This document shows positions 49,826 through 62,685 of a stretch of DNA of 64,000 nucleotides, in pieces. Position 1 is the stretch's first letter. Every line of letters begins with the position of its first letter. Source of the stretch: Octopus sinensis (Eukaryota); NCBI RefSeq assembly GCF_006345805.1, contig NC_043010.1, forward strand, positions 45,818,001 to 45,882,000. The letters are read 5' to 3'. The notes beneath the pieces were generated by a model. It was given only the letters and a program-made list of their open reading frames with translations. It was not told where the DNA came from and did not search any database. A program made the position numbers and the translations under genes.

Positions 49826-50830
49826 TTATTCATCAAAGTAAATATTACAATCAATACATTTTTGCCAACAAGTTACAAGTTTGTTAATTCCAGTAACATA
49901 AAAATCTGGAGTTCTGGAGCTGTTGAACTCTTTGAATGCACTTTCAGTATTGGCTCGATATTTTGAACTCCTTCTCTCACAGGAAACCATCAAGGTGCTT
50001 GAAAAAGTGGTAGTCAGTAGGAGAAAGGTCTGAGGAAGAAGCTGGGTGGGCAAGACCTTCATAACCAAGTTCCCTCAACTTCTGGATTGTCATTAGTGAA
50101 GTGTGTGGTCAAGCATTGTCATGAAGAATGACTGGCCTGCTTCTATTGACCAGTCTGGAATGGAGGAGTAGCAGTTTTTCGTTCATTTTGGCAATTTCAT
50201 GGCAATATGTTTCTGCAGTAATGGTTTTTCTGGGTTTTAAGAAGTTACAGGGGATGAGTCTAGCAGTATACCATAGTCACCATAACTTTCTTTTTGAATA
50301 GCTCGGGTTCAGAGAAGGTTTGCAGCGCTTCATTTTGGTCTAACCACTGTGCAGAATGTTTTATATTATTGTACAGAATCCACTTTTCTTTGCAAGTTAC
50401 AATATGGTTGAGAAATGAATCGCTGTGGTTATGGAGAAGAAGCAATTAGCAAATTTCATATCTGCACATTTTCATCATGAGGTACCCATTTGTTGAGCTT
50501 TTTTTGATTTTCCGATTGCGTGTAAACGGTTGCAGGCAGTTTTCTGGCTAACTTGAAGTTCTTTTGCCAGTTCTCGAGTGGTTTTACATGGATCTTTCTC
50601 AATGGCGGTCTTTAATTGACCATCATTGATAACAGATGAGCGACCACTATGTTCAAATCTTCAAGGCTCAGATCTCAACTGTGAAATTATTTAAACCATT
50701 TTCGAGCTAACCACTCACTGATCATTTCCTCAACAAATGTTTTGTTGATATCGCAAGCAGTTTCAGCTACTTTTTTTTTTTTTTTCTTTTGAAATTGAAT
50801 AGCAAAGTTGCTCAAATATCATGCTTTGAC
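49826..50830 (-). mobile_element. Mariner transposase relic (Hsmar1/cecropia-like), frameshifted
   Basis: Fragments KTTRELAKEL...KWVPH, FLNHIVTCKEKWILYNN...QWLDQNEA, and FYVTGINKLVTCWQKCIDCN; TIRs not identified. Confidence 0.85.
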
Positions 50831-52794
50831 AGTTCCATTTCAGATGATTGTAACAATGGTGAAACAAATATCAATGTTAATTTATTGATGCATTGGGCAA
50901 GTCTGTGGCTGTATTATCAGACAATTGCAAAAAAATGTTTTAAAAAAAATTCAAATCTGCAAAAATCCAGTACAAATTTTTCATAGTTCAAAACGTTGCT
51001 TATATATATGTAGGAATATATGACATATATGTAGGAATAAAAGTTCTCGTTAGTGTACAGGCAAGTGTATTAATAATGATAGAAAGAAAAATTAAGCAGA
51101 AGTAATGGAAGCATTATTTATTTATTTATATACATATAGAAAAGGCCTTTGAACTTTGTATATATGTAAGTGTATTTACATATACATGTATGCATTTAAT
51201 AAAGTACATAGGTGCAGGTGTGGTTCTATGGTTAAAAAGTTTGCTTCCTAACCATATGGATTTAGGTTCAGTCCTGTTGCTTGACACCTTGAGCAACTGT
51301 CTTTTATTATAAACCCTGGTCGACTGAATATATATATATATACATATATGAGTGGATTTGGTAGACAGAAACTGAAAAAACCAGTCTATACATATATATA
51401 TATATATACACACACACATACATACACACATATTTATGTATATGTGTGTGTGCATGTTAGCGTCTCCTTGTCTTGACATTGTGTGATAGTTGTAAATGAG
51501 TGTCACTGTCATATAAGCAGTGTCAGTCATTTCCAATATCCGTGAGAACGTGTCTGATCATGGGGGACAGTCTGACCCAGGCAAGCACAACAATGTGAAT
51601 GCTTAAAGCGATGATGATGTATGTGTGCATGTATATAGATGTAAAGAAGATTACTCAGTTTCTTTATTCTTTCATAACTGTTGATTCACTGAGTTTCTTA
51701 GATGTGAACATTCATTCAGGTATAGTAAGTACATTCAATGATCGCTTCTCATACCAAAGACAAGATATGAATGTCCAGCATCTGTAAGTGTCTTCCATAA
51801 ACTGATGTCCAGTACACATCGCCATGAAGAGAAAGTGGTACTGGAGAAAAGAAAATAACACAGTAAAATAATCAAAATAACACAATAGATAAGAGATGAG
51901 CAACAAGTAGTAAAAAGTTGAAATATATATAATTCATTACATATAATTACAGTTGTAGCTTGACGGACTATTCATAATGTTAGAAACATTAACCCTTCTA
52001 CTGACATGCATTATTACATGACATTTATAGTGCATGCTCACACACAGTTACATATCTTTTATCATTTATTTGTTTCATTCATAAGACTGAGGCCATGCTG
52101 GAGCATTGCCTTCAAGAATTTTTGGACAAATGAATCAACTGCTGTACTTTTTTTTTTCCAAACCTGGTACTTATTCTATTAACCTCTTTTGCCAAACCAC
52201 TAAGTTATGGGGGATTTAAATACACCAACACAAGTTGTCAAGTGGTGCTGAGGTACAAACACAGACACAAAGACACACACATTCATAGATGTATCTATAT
52301 ATACGACTGGTGTCTTTCAGTTTCTGTCTACCAAAATCCACTCACAAGGCTTTAGTTGGCCTGAGATTATAGTAGAAGTCACTTGCCTAAGGACTCACAC
52401 AATGGGATTGAACCCAAAACCATGTAGCCACACGTACATTTATATGTATATAGTAATGTAATATATGTATATAGTAATGTAATAATAGTAAAATATATCA
52501 ATAATATATTTTACATATTGTAAACTTTATCTGGTATAGAACACAGTGTGCTGGGAAGAGTAAATAGACATATATTTTTATTACAGGTATAACTTAAATG
52601 TTCTAGAATCTTTTGTTCCAAAGCCTTTCTGGAATTCTTGATTTTTCCAAACTACACTTTGGTCAACACACTCTAAATTAAACAAATATTAAATTTACTT
52701 AATTAATTAAATGAAATACAGGCCCCTGTACATTCGTATATATTATACAAGATTATTAATACTATACTGTACAATATTAATACTATATTGTGAA

Positions 52795-53120
52795 AGCACA
52801 TGGCTTAGTGATTAGAGCGTGAGGCTCACATAAGGTAATGAGTTCAATTCCTGAACCAGGCTCCATGTTGTGTTCTTGAGCAAGACACTTTGTTATACAT
52901 TGCTCCAATTCACTCGGCAGTAAAAATGAGTTGCCATGTCACTGGTATCAGGTTTTGCCTTCCCTTTGAATATCATTGGTGGCATGGAGAGGGGAAGCTG
53001 GTATATTTGGGCAACTACTGGTCTTCCATAAACAACCTTACCCAGACTTGTACCTCGGAGGGTAACTTTCTAGGTGCAATCCCATGGCTATTCATGACTG
53101 AAGGGTATCTTTACCCTTTA
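52795..53120 (+). mobile_element. tRNA-derived SINE (older copy of the 30742-31067 family)
   Basis: TGGCTTAGTG...GAGTTCAATTCC head; shared body with 30742-31067. Confidence 0.7.
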
Positions 53121-53337
53121 CTGTACAAGGTACTAGTCTGTGTAAGGTACTAGTCTGTACAAGGTACTAGTCTGTGCAAGGTACTAGTCTGTGCAAAGTA
53201 TTAGTCTGTGCAAGGTACTAATCTGTGTAACGTACTAGTCTGTGCGAGGTACTAGTCTGTGTGAGGTACTAGTCTGTGCAAGGTACTAGTCTGTGTGAGG
53301 TACTAGTCTGTACAAGGTACTAGTCTGTACAAGGTAC
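53121..53337. repeat. 17-bp minisatellite CTGTRCAAGGTACTAGT, ~12.8 copies
   Basis: Contiguous units with point variants; no spacers. Confidence 0.95.
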
Positions 53338-54001
53338 CGGTAAATTAGTCTGCTGACCACAGGAACTTGAAGTTCTTGCTCATAAATTAGTGCAAATTAT
53401 AATCAGTTCCAAACCATTCATGTCTGGAATATCAGTATTGTACCTGTAAATCAAAGTTGACAGTCTACTCTGAGAACCCTGAATGGGTGAAACTCAGGGC
53501 AGACCTTTTTCTTCATCGCTTATTTGTTTCAGTAATTAAGACCGCAGTCATGCTGGGGCATCACCTTGAAGAACAGTACTTATTTTTGATCCCAGTATTT
53601 ATTTTTGTATAATTGGTACTTATTGTAGCAGTTTCTTTTGCTGAACTGCTAAGTTTCAGGGATATAAACACACCAATTGGTTGTCAAGCAGAGGGCAGGG
53701 ACAAGCACAGACACACACACACACACACACACACACATGTGCACGCGCTCATGTATATATACTCTTTACTCTCTTTTACTCTTTTACTTGTTTCAGTCAT
53801 TTGACTGTGGCCATGCTGGAGCACCACCTTTAGTTGAAGAACTCGACCCCAGGACTTATTCTTTGCAAGCCTAGTACTTATTCTATTAGTATCTTTTGTT
53901 GAACCGCTAAGTGACAGGGACATAAACACACCAGAATCATGTGGTTGGTAAGCAAGCAACATACCACACAGCCACTCCTGCGCCTATATATATATATGAA
54001 G

Positions 54002-54031
<30 letters not shown>

Positions 54032-54033
<2 letters not shown>

Positions 54034-54326
54034 TATATAAAAGGGCTTAGTAAAATAAATTACTTTGCCGCATACTGAACTCATTAGAAATAGCAGCTAA
54101 AAAACTTTTTTAAGGCTATTTCTAATACTTAAAGAAAATCTCTCTCATATATAGTGTTTGCATAATTTAACTCACAACTTTTGTGAGTTAAATTATGCAA
54201 ACACTATATATGAGAGAGATTTTCTTTAAGTATTAGAAATAGCCTTAAAAAAGTTTTTTAGCTGCTATTTCTAATGAGTTCAGTATGCGGCAAAGTAATT
54301 TATTTTACTAAGCCCTTTTATATAAT
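54032..54326. repeat. Perfect palindrome, 146-bp arms, 3-nt spacer
   Basis: 54032-54177 is the exact reverse complement of 54181-54326 (checked by eye). Confidence 0.95.
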
Positions 54327-54419
54327 GTAATAATTTGAATTCGCCTTGAATGGTCCCTTTGCATACTGAACACTTGGTGAAATTGATTAATAATTAATTA
54401 ATTTTGCCCTCAATTGTTG

Positions 54420-54455
<36 letters not shown>

Positions 54456-56829
54456 AGTGTGATTGTGTATAGAAGAATATATTAATTTTTGTTTCTCCCA
54501 TTATTAATAGACTAACCTGTACCTTAACAAGAACTTTTATTCCTACATATATACATACATACATTAGTTTCCACCAATTAAATCCACTCACAAGGCTTTG
54601 GTTGCCCTGAGGCTATAGGAGACACTTTCCCAAGAGGCTATGCAATGGAAGTGAACCCAGAACCATGTGGTTGGGTAGTAAGCTTCTTACCAGAGGGATT
54701 GCCATTGATAAAGTCACAAGCAGTGACAACTCTGATAAACCAACTGATTTAACTGATAGTAATAAAAGAGGTGAAATAAAATCATTGCATTTTCTTTTTA
54801 TGGTAAAAAAAAAATGTACCAATGTACAGTATGCACACATATATACACAAATATATATTCCCACTGTGTGGAACCTTGAGCAAGTGTCTTCTACTATAGC
54901 CTTGGGCTATGTGTGCATTTGTACCCCACCGTTGCTTGACAACTGGTGCTTTGCAGTTTGGCAAAAGAGATCAATAGAATGAGTACTAGGCTTTAAAAAA
55001 TAAGCCCTGGGGTTGATTTCTTTGACTAGGCAGGTAGACCAACATACCCCTTGAACAGAGCACTAATCCATTGCAGGGTCGCCCACTCACAGCTGAGGGA
55101 ACTGAAACAAAATGAATATATATGCATTCTCACACATGATTTCTCTAACATTTGCTCGCTCTCAACAGCTCTGTCATTTTATCATGTTTCCACTTTAATT
55201 CCTCCCGACTATTGTAGAACTCTAACTGTCTTCTTCCCACTTCCCCTCTCTTTATTACTTAGGCTATCTCTTCTCTCATTCATTCTTTCATCTCTTCTTA
55301 TATTTCACTGTCTGTTCACCTGAATGCCTGTCACACCAGCCTTTGAGCTGGCAGAAACGTTAGCACGCCGGGCGAAATGCTCAGCAGTATTTCGTCTGTC
55401 GTTATGTTCTGGGTTCAAACACCGCCGAGGTCGACTTTGCCTTTCATCCTTTTGGGGTCGATAAATAAAGTACCAGTTGCGCACTGGGGTCGATGTAGTT
55501 GACTTAATCCCTTTGTCTGTCTTTGTTTGTCCCCTCTATGTTTAGCCCCTTGTGGGCAATAAAGAAATATATTTCTCTGCCCCTCCCCATCTCTCTTTCT
55601 CTCTCTCTCTTCACTCAGTTTCCCACCCTAGCAATTTATCTACCTAATCCACCTTACTTCATAATTTTTCTCTCTCTCTTCCACCTCTCTCAATACAACC
55701 ATTGCTCCTTCATCCTTCATCCTTCCACTATTCTTCAGCATGACAGCTTTTGCCAGTTATTGGTTACTTGAACAAAGGTTATTTATTTTATGTTATCATT
55801 TCATATTGTTTCTCAGTCTGGGTAATAATGCTTCCCTCTGGAAATACTGTAAACATTTAAGAGGATGGACAATAAATGTTAGAGGCCGTTTGTATCTATT
55901 TGGAAAGTGTGCTAATCTATTCACTATTGTTATTTAATTACAATGAGGGAATTAATTGTGTGCCACTTTCAGTCTCTCATGGGTTTTCATGAGATATTTT
56001 TGAGCACAATTAAGGATTATGCTTTTATGCATAATTAAACATTGTTTTAAAATAATTATGCATTGTTTTAAAATTGTTTGTTCATAGTGTTGTTCATGTG
56101 TATGTGGTTTAAGTTGGATGTATGTGAATTATTAAAGTGTTGTTGCTGAACACAAAAATGAAATGCAACAATAACAAAAAAAATGTACACATTCTAAATA
56201 ATAATAATAACAACAACAACAACAACACAAAATATATTCTTAACTGTACCAGAAAATATTTTCGATGAAGGAAAGGCAAAGCTGAGTTGCTAGCATAGTC
56301 ATCATCATCATCATCATCATCATTGTTTAACGTTCGCTTTCCATGCTAGCATGGGTTATACGGTTCAACTGGGGTCTGGGATGCCAGAAGGCTGCACCAA
56401 GCCCAGTCTGATCTGGCAGTGTTTCTACGGCTGGATGCCCTTCCTAACGCCAACCACTCCATGAGTGTAGTGGGTGCTTTTTACATGCCACCGGCACAGG
56501 TGCCAGATGAGGCTGGCAAACGGCCACGATCGGATGGTGCTTTTTACATGCCACCAGCACGGAGACCAGACGAAGCTGGCAACGGCCTGTGCCAGCAATG
56601 GCCTAGTGTTGAAAAAGATTTTTTGTGCATTTGCCAAACAGAATGACACTTGCTAACGTATGACTAAATGTGCAGGAGCACAGGGATAATCTGAGCTGCA
56701 CAAGTCCAGAGCCAACTCTTTGCCTTCATTCTCATGTGATGTCCTTGATCAAATGAATATCATTATAAATATATATTAGCGACAGAGGCAATATTACTAC
56801 TGAGAGCTAATATTAATCCCCACTTAAAT

Positions 56830-57047
56830 CTCTCTCTCTCTCTTTTACTCTTTTACTTGTTTCAGTCATTTGACTGTGGCCATGCTGGAGCACCGCCTTT
56901 AGTTGAGCAAATCGACCCAAGGACTTATTCTTTGTAAGCCTAGTACTTATTCTATCAGTCTCTTTTGCTGAACCGCTAAGTTACAGGGACGTAAACACAC
57001 TAACATCAGTTGTCAAGTGGGGTACAAACACAGACATACAAACATAT

Positions 57048-57086
<39 letters not shown>

Positions 57087-57205
57087 ACGGGCTTCTTTCA
57101 GTTTCTGTCTACCAAATCCACTCACAAGGCTTTGGTTGGCCTGAGGCTATAGTAGAAGACACTTGCCCAAGGTGCCACACAGTGGGACTGAACCCAGAAC
57201 CGTGT
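56830..57205 (-). mobile_element. Family A SINE
   Basis: High identity to 1521-1922. Confidence 0.8.
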
Positions 57206-57866
57206 GTTTCGTATTCACAGTTTGGCACAAGGCCAGCAATTTCAAGAGAGGGGTTAAGTCAATTATATGTCACCAGCGCTCAACTAGTAATTGATTCATT
57301 GACCCCCCTCAAGAGATGAAAGGCAAAGTCGACCTCGATGGAATTTAAACTTAAAGCATAAAGACAGATGAAAAGTCACAAAGTATTTTAGCTGGCATGT
57401 TAATGATTCTGCTAGCTTGCTACCTTATAATATTGTTAAATATTAAAGTTCTATTGACCAGCAACTTAATTCTATAATGTTTTTAATCTCACAGTAAGAT
57501 TAATGCTATCATAAACTAAATTAGACTCTTTCACACTCTACTCACAGTTTTTCAACCTCTGCACCCATTTGTCATCTCTCTCCCACAGTCCTGCTACTTT
57601 CCACCTTCCAATGCTGCTAGGCACTACCTACTCCCCAACTTATATGTATCATTGATTACTCCTGCATCAATCACTACATTCATCCCTATACTCTTAACAA
57701 TCTCTGGTCATCATCTACTTTCCCACTTATTCCATCCAACATATATTTATCATTGACCACCTTGACCCTTGTTTCTCATTCAGTATATTCGCATCCCTAC
57801 CCCATTTCTTACCATCTCATTCTTCATTCACTCCATACATGTATGTATGTTTGCATCACAAGGCAC

Positions 57867-58330
57867 AAAAATATTGCTGTGTACCGTGCATACGTACTGA
57901 CATTGCTCCTTTACTTATGTGAGACATGGACCCTTTACAAACGTCATGTAAAGGTCCTTGAACACTTCCATCAGAGATGTCCAAAACGCATTCTGAATGT
58001 TGACTGGACCTTAAAAACTCCAAACACACTGGCCTTGAGGAAAGCTGATATCTTGAGTATTGAGGCAATGGTGCACAAGCACCGGTTATGTTGGACTGGG
58101 CACCTTATTAGAATGAAAGACAACAAGATCCCTGAACAGATGCTATATGGGGAACTTGTTAATGGAAAGAGACCCCCAGCAGAAACCTAGGCTGTGATTT
58201 AAGGACTGTGTCAAGTCCTCATTAAAGGCCTGTGATATGCAGAAGACCGACTGGGAGAACAATGCCTGTCATCATCACAGATGGAGGAAGAATGTTAAGG
58301 AGGGGGACAGCACCTTTGAAAGAGCACATA
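57867..58330 (+). mobile_element. RTE (BovB-like) LINE 3' ORF fragment
   Basis: AVYRAYVLTLLLYLCETWTLY...HFHQRC..RIL..W...RLCWTGHLIRM...MLYGEL..GKR. Confidence 0.8.
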
Positions 58331-58589
58331 TTTTTCATGAAGAATTTAAGTGTACTGCTCAAAAGTGCACTGTTAGATTAGTGAATGGGAAAGCTTGGTT
58401 TGCAATGTTTGCAGTTGTGTATGCTTGTCAAGAGAGGGCTCATTACTCACCAATGGAGCCACAAATGCAAAATATAAGATAGTCCTAAAGTGCACAATGT
58501 TCCTAAATGTCAGCAATGGTCTTCCTCGATTACAAGTGGATGGCCATCATACACACACTGCAAATGGGCAGAAAATGGACTCCATCAAC

Positions 58590-59165
58590 AGCCAGTGGGA
58601 CAAGCTTGAGTTAGTAGATAGCTTCCATTATCTAGGTGATCAAGTTGGTAGTGGGGGTGGATGCGCCAAGAGTGTAGCTGTGGGAATAAGATTAGGATTG
58701 GCAAAGTTCAGAGAGCTCCTACCCCTGCTGGCAACAAAGGGCCTCAGAGTGAAAGGCAGATTATTTGATGCTTGTGTGTGGATTGCTATGTTGCATGGCA
58801 GTGAATCATGGGCTATGGCAGCTGAGGACATGTGTAGGTTTGAAAGAAATGAAGCCAGTATGCTTCGCTGGGTGTGCAATGTTAGTGTACATGTTCAACA
58901 GAGTGTAAGCATCTTCAGAGAAAAGTTAGGCATAAGAGGAATCAGATGTAGTGCGCAGGAAAGACAACTGCATTGGTATGGTCATGTGATGCATATGGAT
59001 GAGGACAGCTGTGTAAAGTAGTACCAATTTCAAACTGTGGAGGGAACCTGTGGTAGAGGTAGATCCAGAAAGACATGGAACAAAGTGGTGGAGCATGCAT
59101 AATCTTTGAACTTTGATCCTCACAGAGGCAGCAATGACCTTTGGCGATGTGCTGTGTTTGAGAGG
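58590..59165 (+). mobile_element. Second RTE-subfamily LINE 3' ORF fragment
   Basis: LELVDSFHYLGDQV...AKFRELLPLL...KGRLFDACV..AMLHGSESW...LHWYGHVMHM. Confidence 0.8.
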
Positions 59166-59260
59166 ATCTGTTAATGATGCACAGACATGCGCTGAGGCAG
59201 AGGCACCTCTGGCTCTACCTGGAGGGTGAACAAGTGTGGAATCCACTGGCAGAGACGTTC

Positions 59261-60505
59261 TTTCCAAAAATTTTTGAAAATTTTCCCCCAAAATTTTTGA
59301 AAACTTTTCCCAAACATTTTTGAAAATTTTCCCCCAAAATTTTTGAAAACGTTTCCCAAAAATTTTTGAAAATTTTCCCCAAAAATTTTTGAAATTGCCG
59401 GAAATTAACGGAGTTTGCCGGAAATTACCGGAAATTAACGGAAATTGAAAATTTTCCCTAAAAATTTTTCAAAAATTTTTGAAAATGGAAAATTTTCCCC
59501 AAAAATATTTGAAAAATTTTTGAAAAATTTTTTGAAAATTTTCCTCAGAAATTTTTGAAAAATTTTTTGAAGATTTTCCCCAAAAATTTGTCTAAAATTT
59601 TTTGAAATTCTTTGAAAATTTTCCCCAATAATATTTGAAAAATTTTTGGAAAATTTTCCCCTAAAATTTTTGAAAAATTTTTTGAAAATTTTCCCCAAAA
59701 ATTTTTGAAAAATTTTTTGAAAATTTCCCCCAAAAACTTTTGAAAAATTTTTTGAAAATTTTCTCCAAAAATTTTTCAAAAATTTTTTGAAGTTTTCCCC
59801 AAAAATTTGTCAAAAATTCTTTGAAAATTTTCCCTAAAAATTTTTCAAAAATTTTTGAAAATGGAAAATTTTCCCCAAAAATATTTGAAAAATTTTTTGA
59901 AAATTTTCCTTTTGAAAATTATTTGAAAAATTTTTTGAAAATTTTCCCCAAAAATTTTTTTTTAATTTTTCGAAAATTTTCTCCAAAAATTTTTCAAAAC
60001 TTTTTTGAAAATTTTCCCTAAAAATTTGTCAAAAATTTTCCCCAAAAGTATTTGAAAAATTTTTTGAATATTTTTCCCAAAAATTTAAATAAAATTTTTT
60101 GAAAATTTTCCCCAAAAATATTTCAAAAATTATTTGAAAATTATTGAAAACTTTTTCGAAAATTTACACCAAAAATATTTTTTGAAAATTTCCCCCAAAA
60201 ACTTTTGAAAGATTTTTCGAAAATTTTCATCAAAATTTTAGAAAAATGTTTTGAATATTTTCCCCAAAAATTTAAATAGAATTTTTTGAAATTTTCCCCA
60301 AAAATTTTTCAAAAATTTTTTGAAAATTTCCCCCCAAAATTTTTTAAAACTTTTTCGAAAATTTTCCCCAAAAATTTTTTGAAAATATTTCAAAAGTTTT
60401 TTGAAAATTTTCCCCAAAAATTTTTGAAAACTTTTTTCGAAAATTTTCCCCAAAAATGTTTTAAAATTTTTTGAAAATTTCCTCCAAAAACTTTTGAAAG
60501 ATTTT
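59261..60505. repeat. ~1.25-kb A/T-tract satellite (TTTTGAAAATTTTCCCCAAAAA-like units)
   Basis: Irregular ~11/22-bp units built from homopolymer runs. Confidence 0.9.
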
Positions 60506-60634
60506 ATGGACAAATGTTGTACATTTGTTGTTTTTAAGATATATAAGGATGTTGAGCTTAAATTTTTTGTCAAACAATTTATGTACTCATAAAATATGGC
60601 ATTTATCACATCACAATGGGTAACACAGCTTTTA

Positions 60635-61022
60635 TCCTTACTCTACTCTTTTACTTGTTTCAGTCATTTGACTGCAGCCATGCTGGAGCACTGCCTTTAG
60701 TCGACCCCGGGACCGAGCAACTCGACCCCGGGACTTATTCTTTTTGTAAGCCCAGTACTTATTCTATCGGTCTCTTTTTGCCGAACCGCTAAGTGACGGG
60801 GATGTAAACACACCAGCATCGCTTGTCAAGCAATGCTAGGGGGACAAACGCAGACACACAAACACATACACATACATATACGACAGGCTTCTTTCAGTTT
60901 CCGTCTACCAAATCCACTCACAAGGCATTGGTGTGCCCAGGGCTATAGCAGAAGACACTTGCCCAAGATGCCACGCAGTGGTTGGTTAGCAAGCTACTTA
61001 CCACACAGCCACTCCTGCGCCT
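60635..61022 (-). mobile_element. Family A SINE
   Basis: High identity to 1521-1922; small internal duplication TCGACCCCGGGAC. Confidence 0.8.
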
Positions 61023-62169
61023 TAGGTAGCAACTGTTATTTGCTATTGCTTACTCCTAGAAAGTATGAAAAATGGCTAATATTCTCTTCAAATTTTTCTT
61101 TTGTAACATTAATTCAAACCCCAAAGAATCCCTCTCAACACATGGCTATTCCTTTCTAAATAGAAGCAAATATGACATAACACTTACTGACCAAAGACAA
61201 AAAAAAAGAAAAAATCAAAATTTTGTTTCAGTGTTATTGAGCCTTTACTGTGAAATCACTCAGTGGCCTAGAGGTTAGGATGATGCACTCACAATCTAGT
61301 GGATGCAGTTTTCATTTCCTGGTCTGGGTGGGGGCGGGGTTGAAGTCTTTCCTAAAACGGAAACGGTAGTAATTCTTGGATTTTTGTCTACGAAACTGAC
61401 ATGCAACAATCACATTTTAAATAAAAATCATACCACAACACTGATCAATTTATCTTATTTTTTTAACTATTGTTAAATTAGTTGTGAAAATATTTCGTTT
61501 CTCTCATTTGAGTGGCATTTCGTCTTTCTTTCCGTTCTGAGTTCAAATGCTGTTGTGGTCGACTTTACCTTTTACCTTTTGGGGTCGATAAAGTAAGTAT
61601 CAACTGAAAATTGGGCTCCATGTACTCGACTTATGCCCACCCCTAAAACTGCTGGCTTTATACCAAATGTTGAACACCTGAAGATCGCCCCACGACCTTC
61701 CTCTAACCGGGAAGGGAAGGGTGTCTTTATATGCTTGGTGGCTATGACGAAAGAGGTTGTATGGTGGACGAGATTGAAGGGGCTGGAGACAAATACTTTT
61801 CTCTTTAGCCAATTCCTGATCAACTTCCACAAGTTTAGCTTGAAAAGTAAAATAAGGATAGAGAAGGAAGTGTTGTCTTCTAGCCAGTTTGCTGAAAGGT
61901 GGATGAAAGGGGCGAGAATGGTGCGAATGAACGGGCCTGCCCCAAAAGTCAGGGTATCCATGGTTTTTTTAATAGGGTTTTTTCATGAGCTGCCCTCGAA
62001 TATCTGCTCCCTATTGAGGATTATACATTACTGATTTTTTTTTTTTCATTATGTTAATCTTGTTTACACGCAAAACCCTCACAACACACACACACACACA
62101 CATTCTTTGCTTTGTCCTGTACTGTCCATAATGTTTTCTTGATGTAAACCCTTTCTAGTTAATAAAGAA

Positions 62170-62186
62170 ATTATTATTATTATTAA

Positions 62187-62262
<76 letters not shown>
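62170..62262. repeat. Compound microsatellite (TTA)n(TAG)n
   Basis: Direct reading. Confidence 0.95.
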
Positions 62263-62263
<1 letters not shown>

Positions 62264-62595
62264 TATTTTACTTCGCCAGTAATTGTAAGGATTATCGAGG
62301 GTGGGGTTCCACCAAGAATCAAAACTGGGAATCATGGGTCAACTCCTCTTCGCTGGTTTACCACACAAAATACTACGGAAACCTATTCTAAAGTGGTATA
62401 AGGAAACCGGAAAACTGGACTGATACAGAGACAAGTTGACAAACGGAGAACACGACAGAGATGACGAGGAAGAGACCGTTACTATGTTATTTGTTGATGT
62501 TGGTAACTAAAATGGCAATTACCAGCGAAGTAATATCAGTTTGAAAGTTCGGCGGCGTTAACTCGGATCATATTCAAACATCCCGCCAGTGAGTA

Positions 62596-62685
62596 ATGGC
62601 TGCAGCCGATTCTATAACAAAAACAAAACCGTTTGAGGAAGGGGATTCTCTAATGGAAAATGCATTGGCCCCTGTATCGCTTAAG
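62596..62685 (+). CDS. Candidate first coding exon of a downstream gene (MAAADSITKTKPFEEGDSLMENALAPVSLK)
   Basis: gtaATGG Kozak context, 30 open codons, consensus donor AAG|GTAAGT, located in CpG-enriched non-repetitive sequence; product not recognised. Confidence 0.5.

Noticed and set aside
49826-50830. Functional or domesticated mariner transposase
   Set aside because: Multiple stops and frameshifts, first catalytic motif altered (TCKEKW instead of TxDEKW), no TIRs found.
51680-51790. Penelope RT fragment (SLSFLDVNI)
   Set aside because: Only a short motif match with no supporting flanking motifs; insufficient without a profile search.
53121-53337. CRISPR-like array
   Set aside because: Contiguous 17-bp units with no unique spacers, eukaryotic context, no cas genes; it is a minisatellite.
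59171-60609. Phe/Lys/Asn-rich ORFs
   Set aside because: By-products of the A/T-tract satellite.
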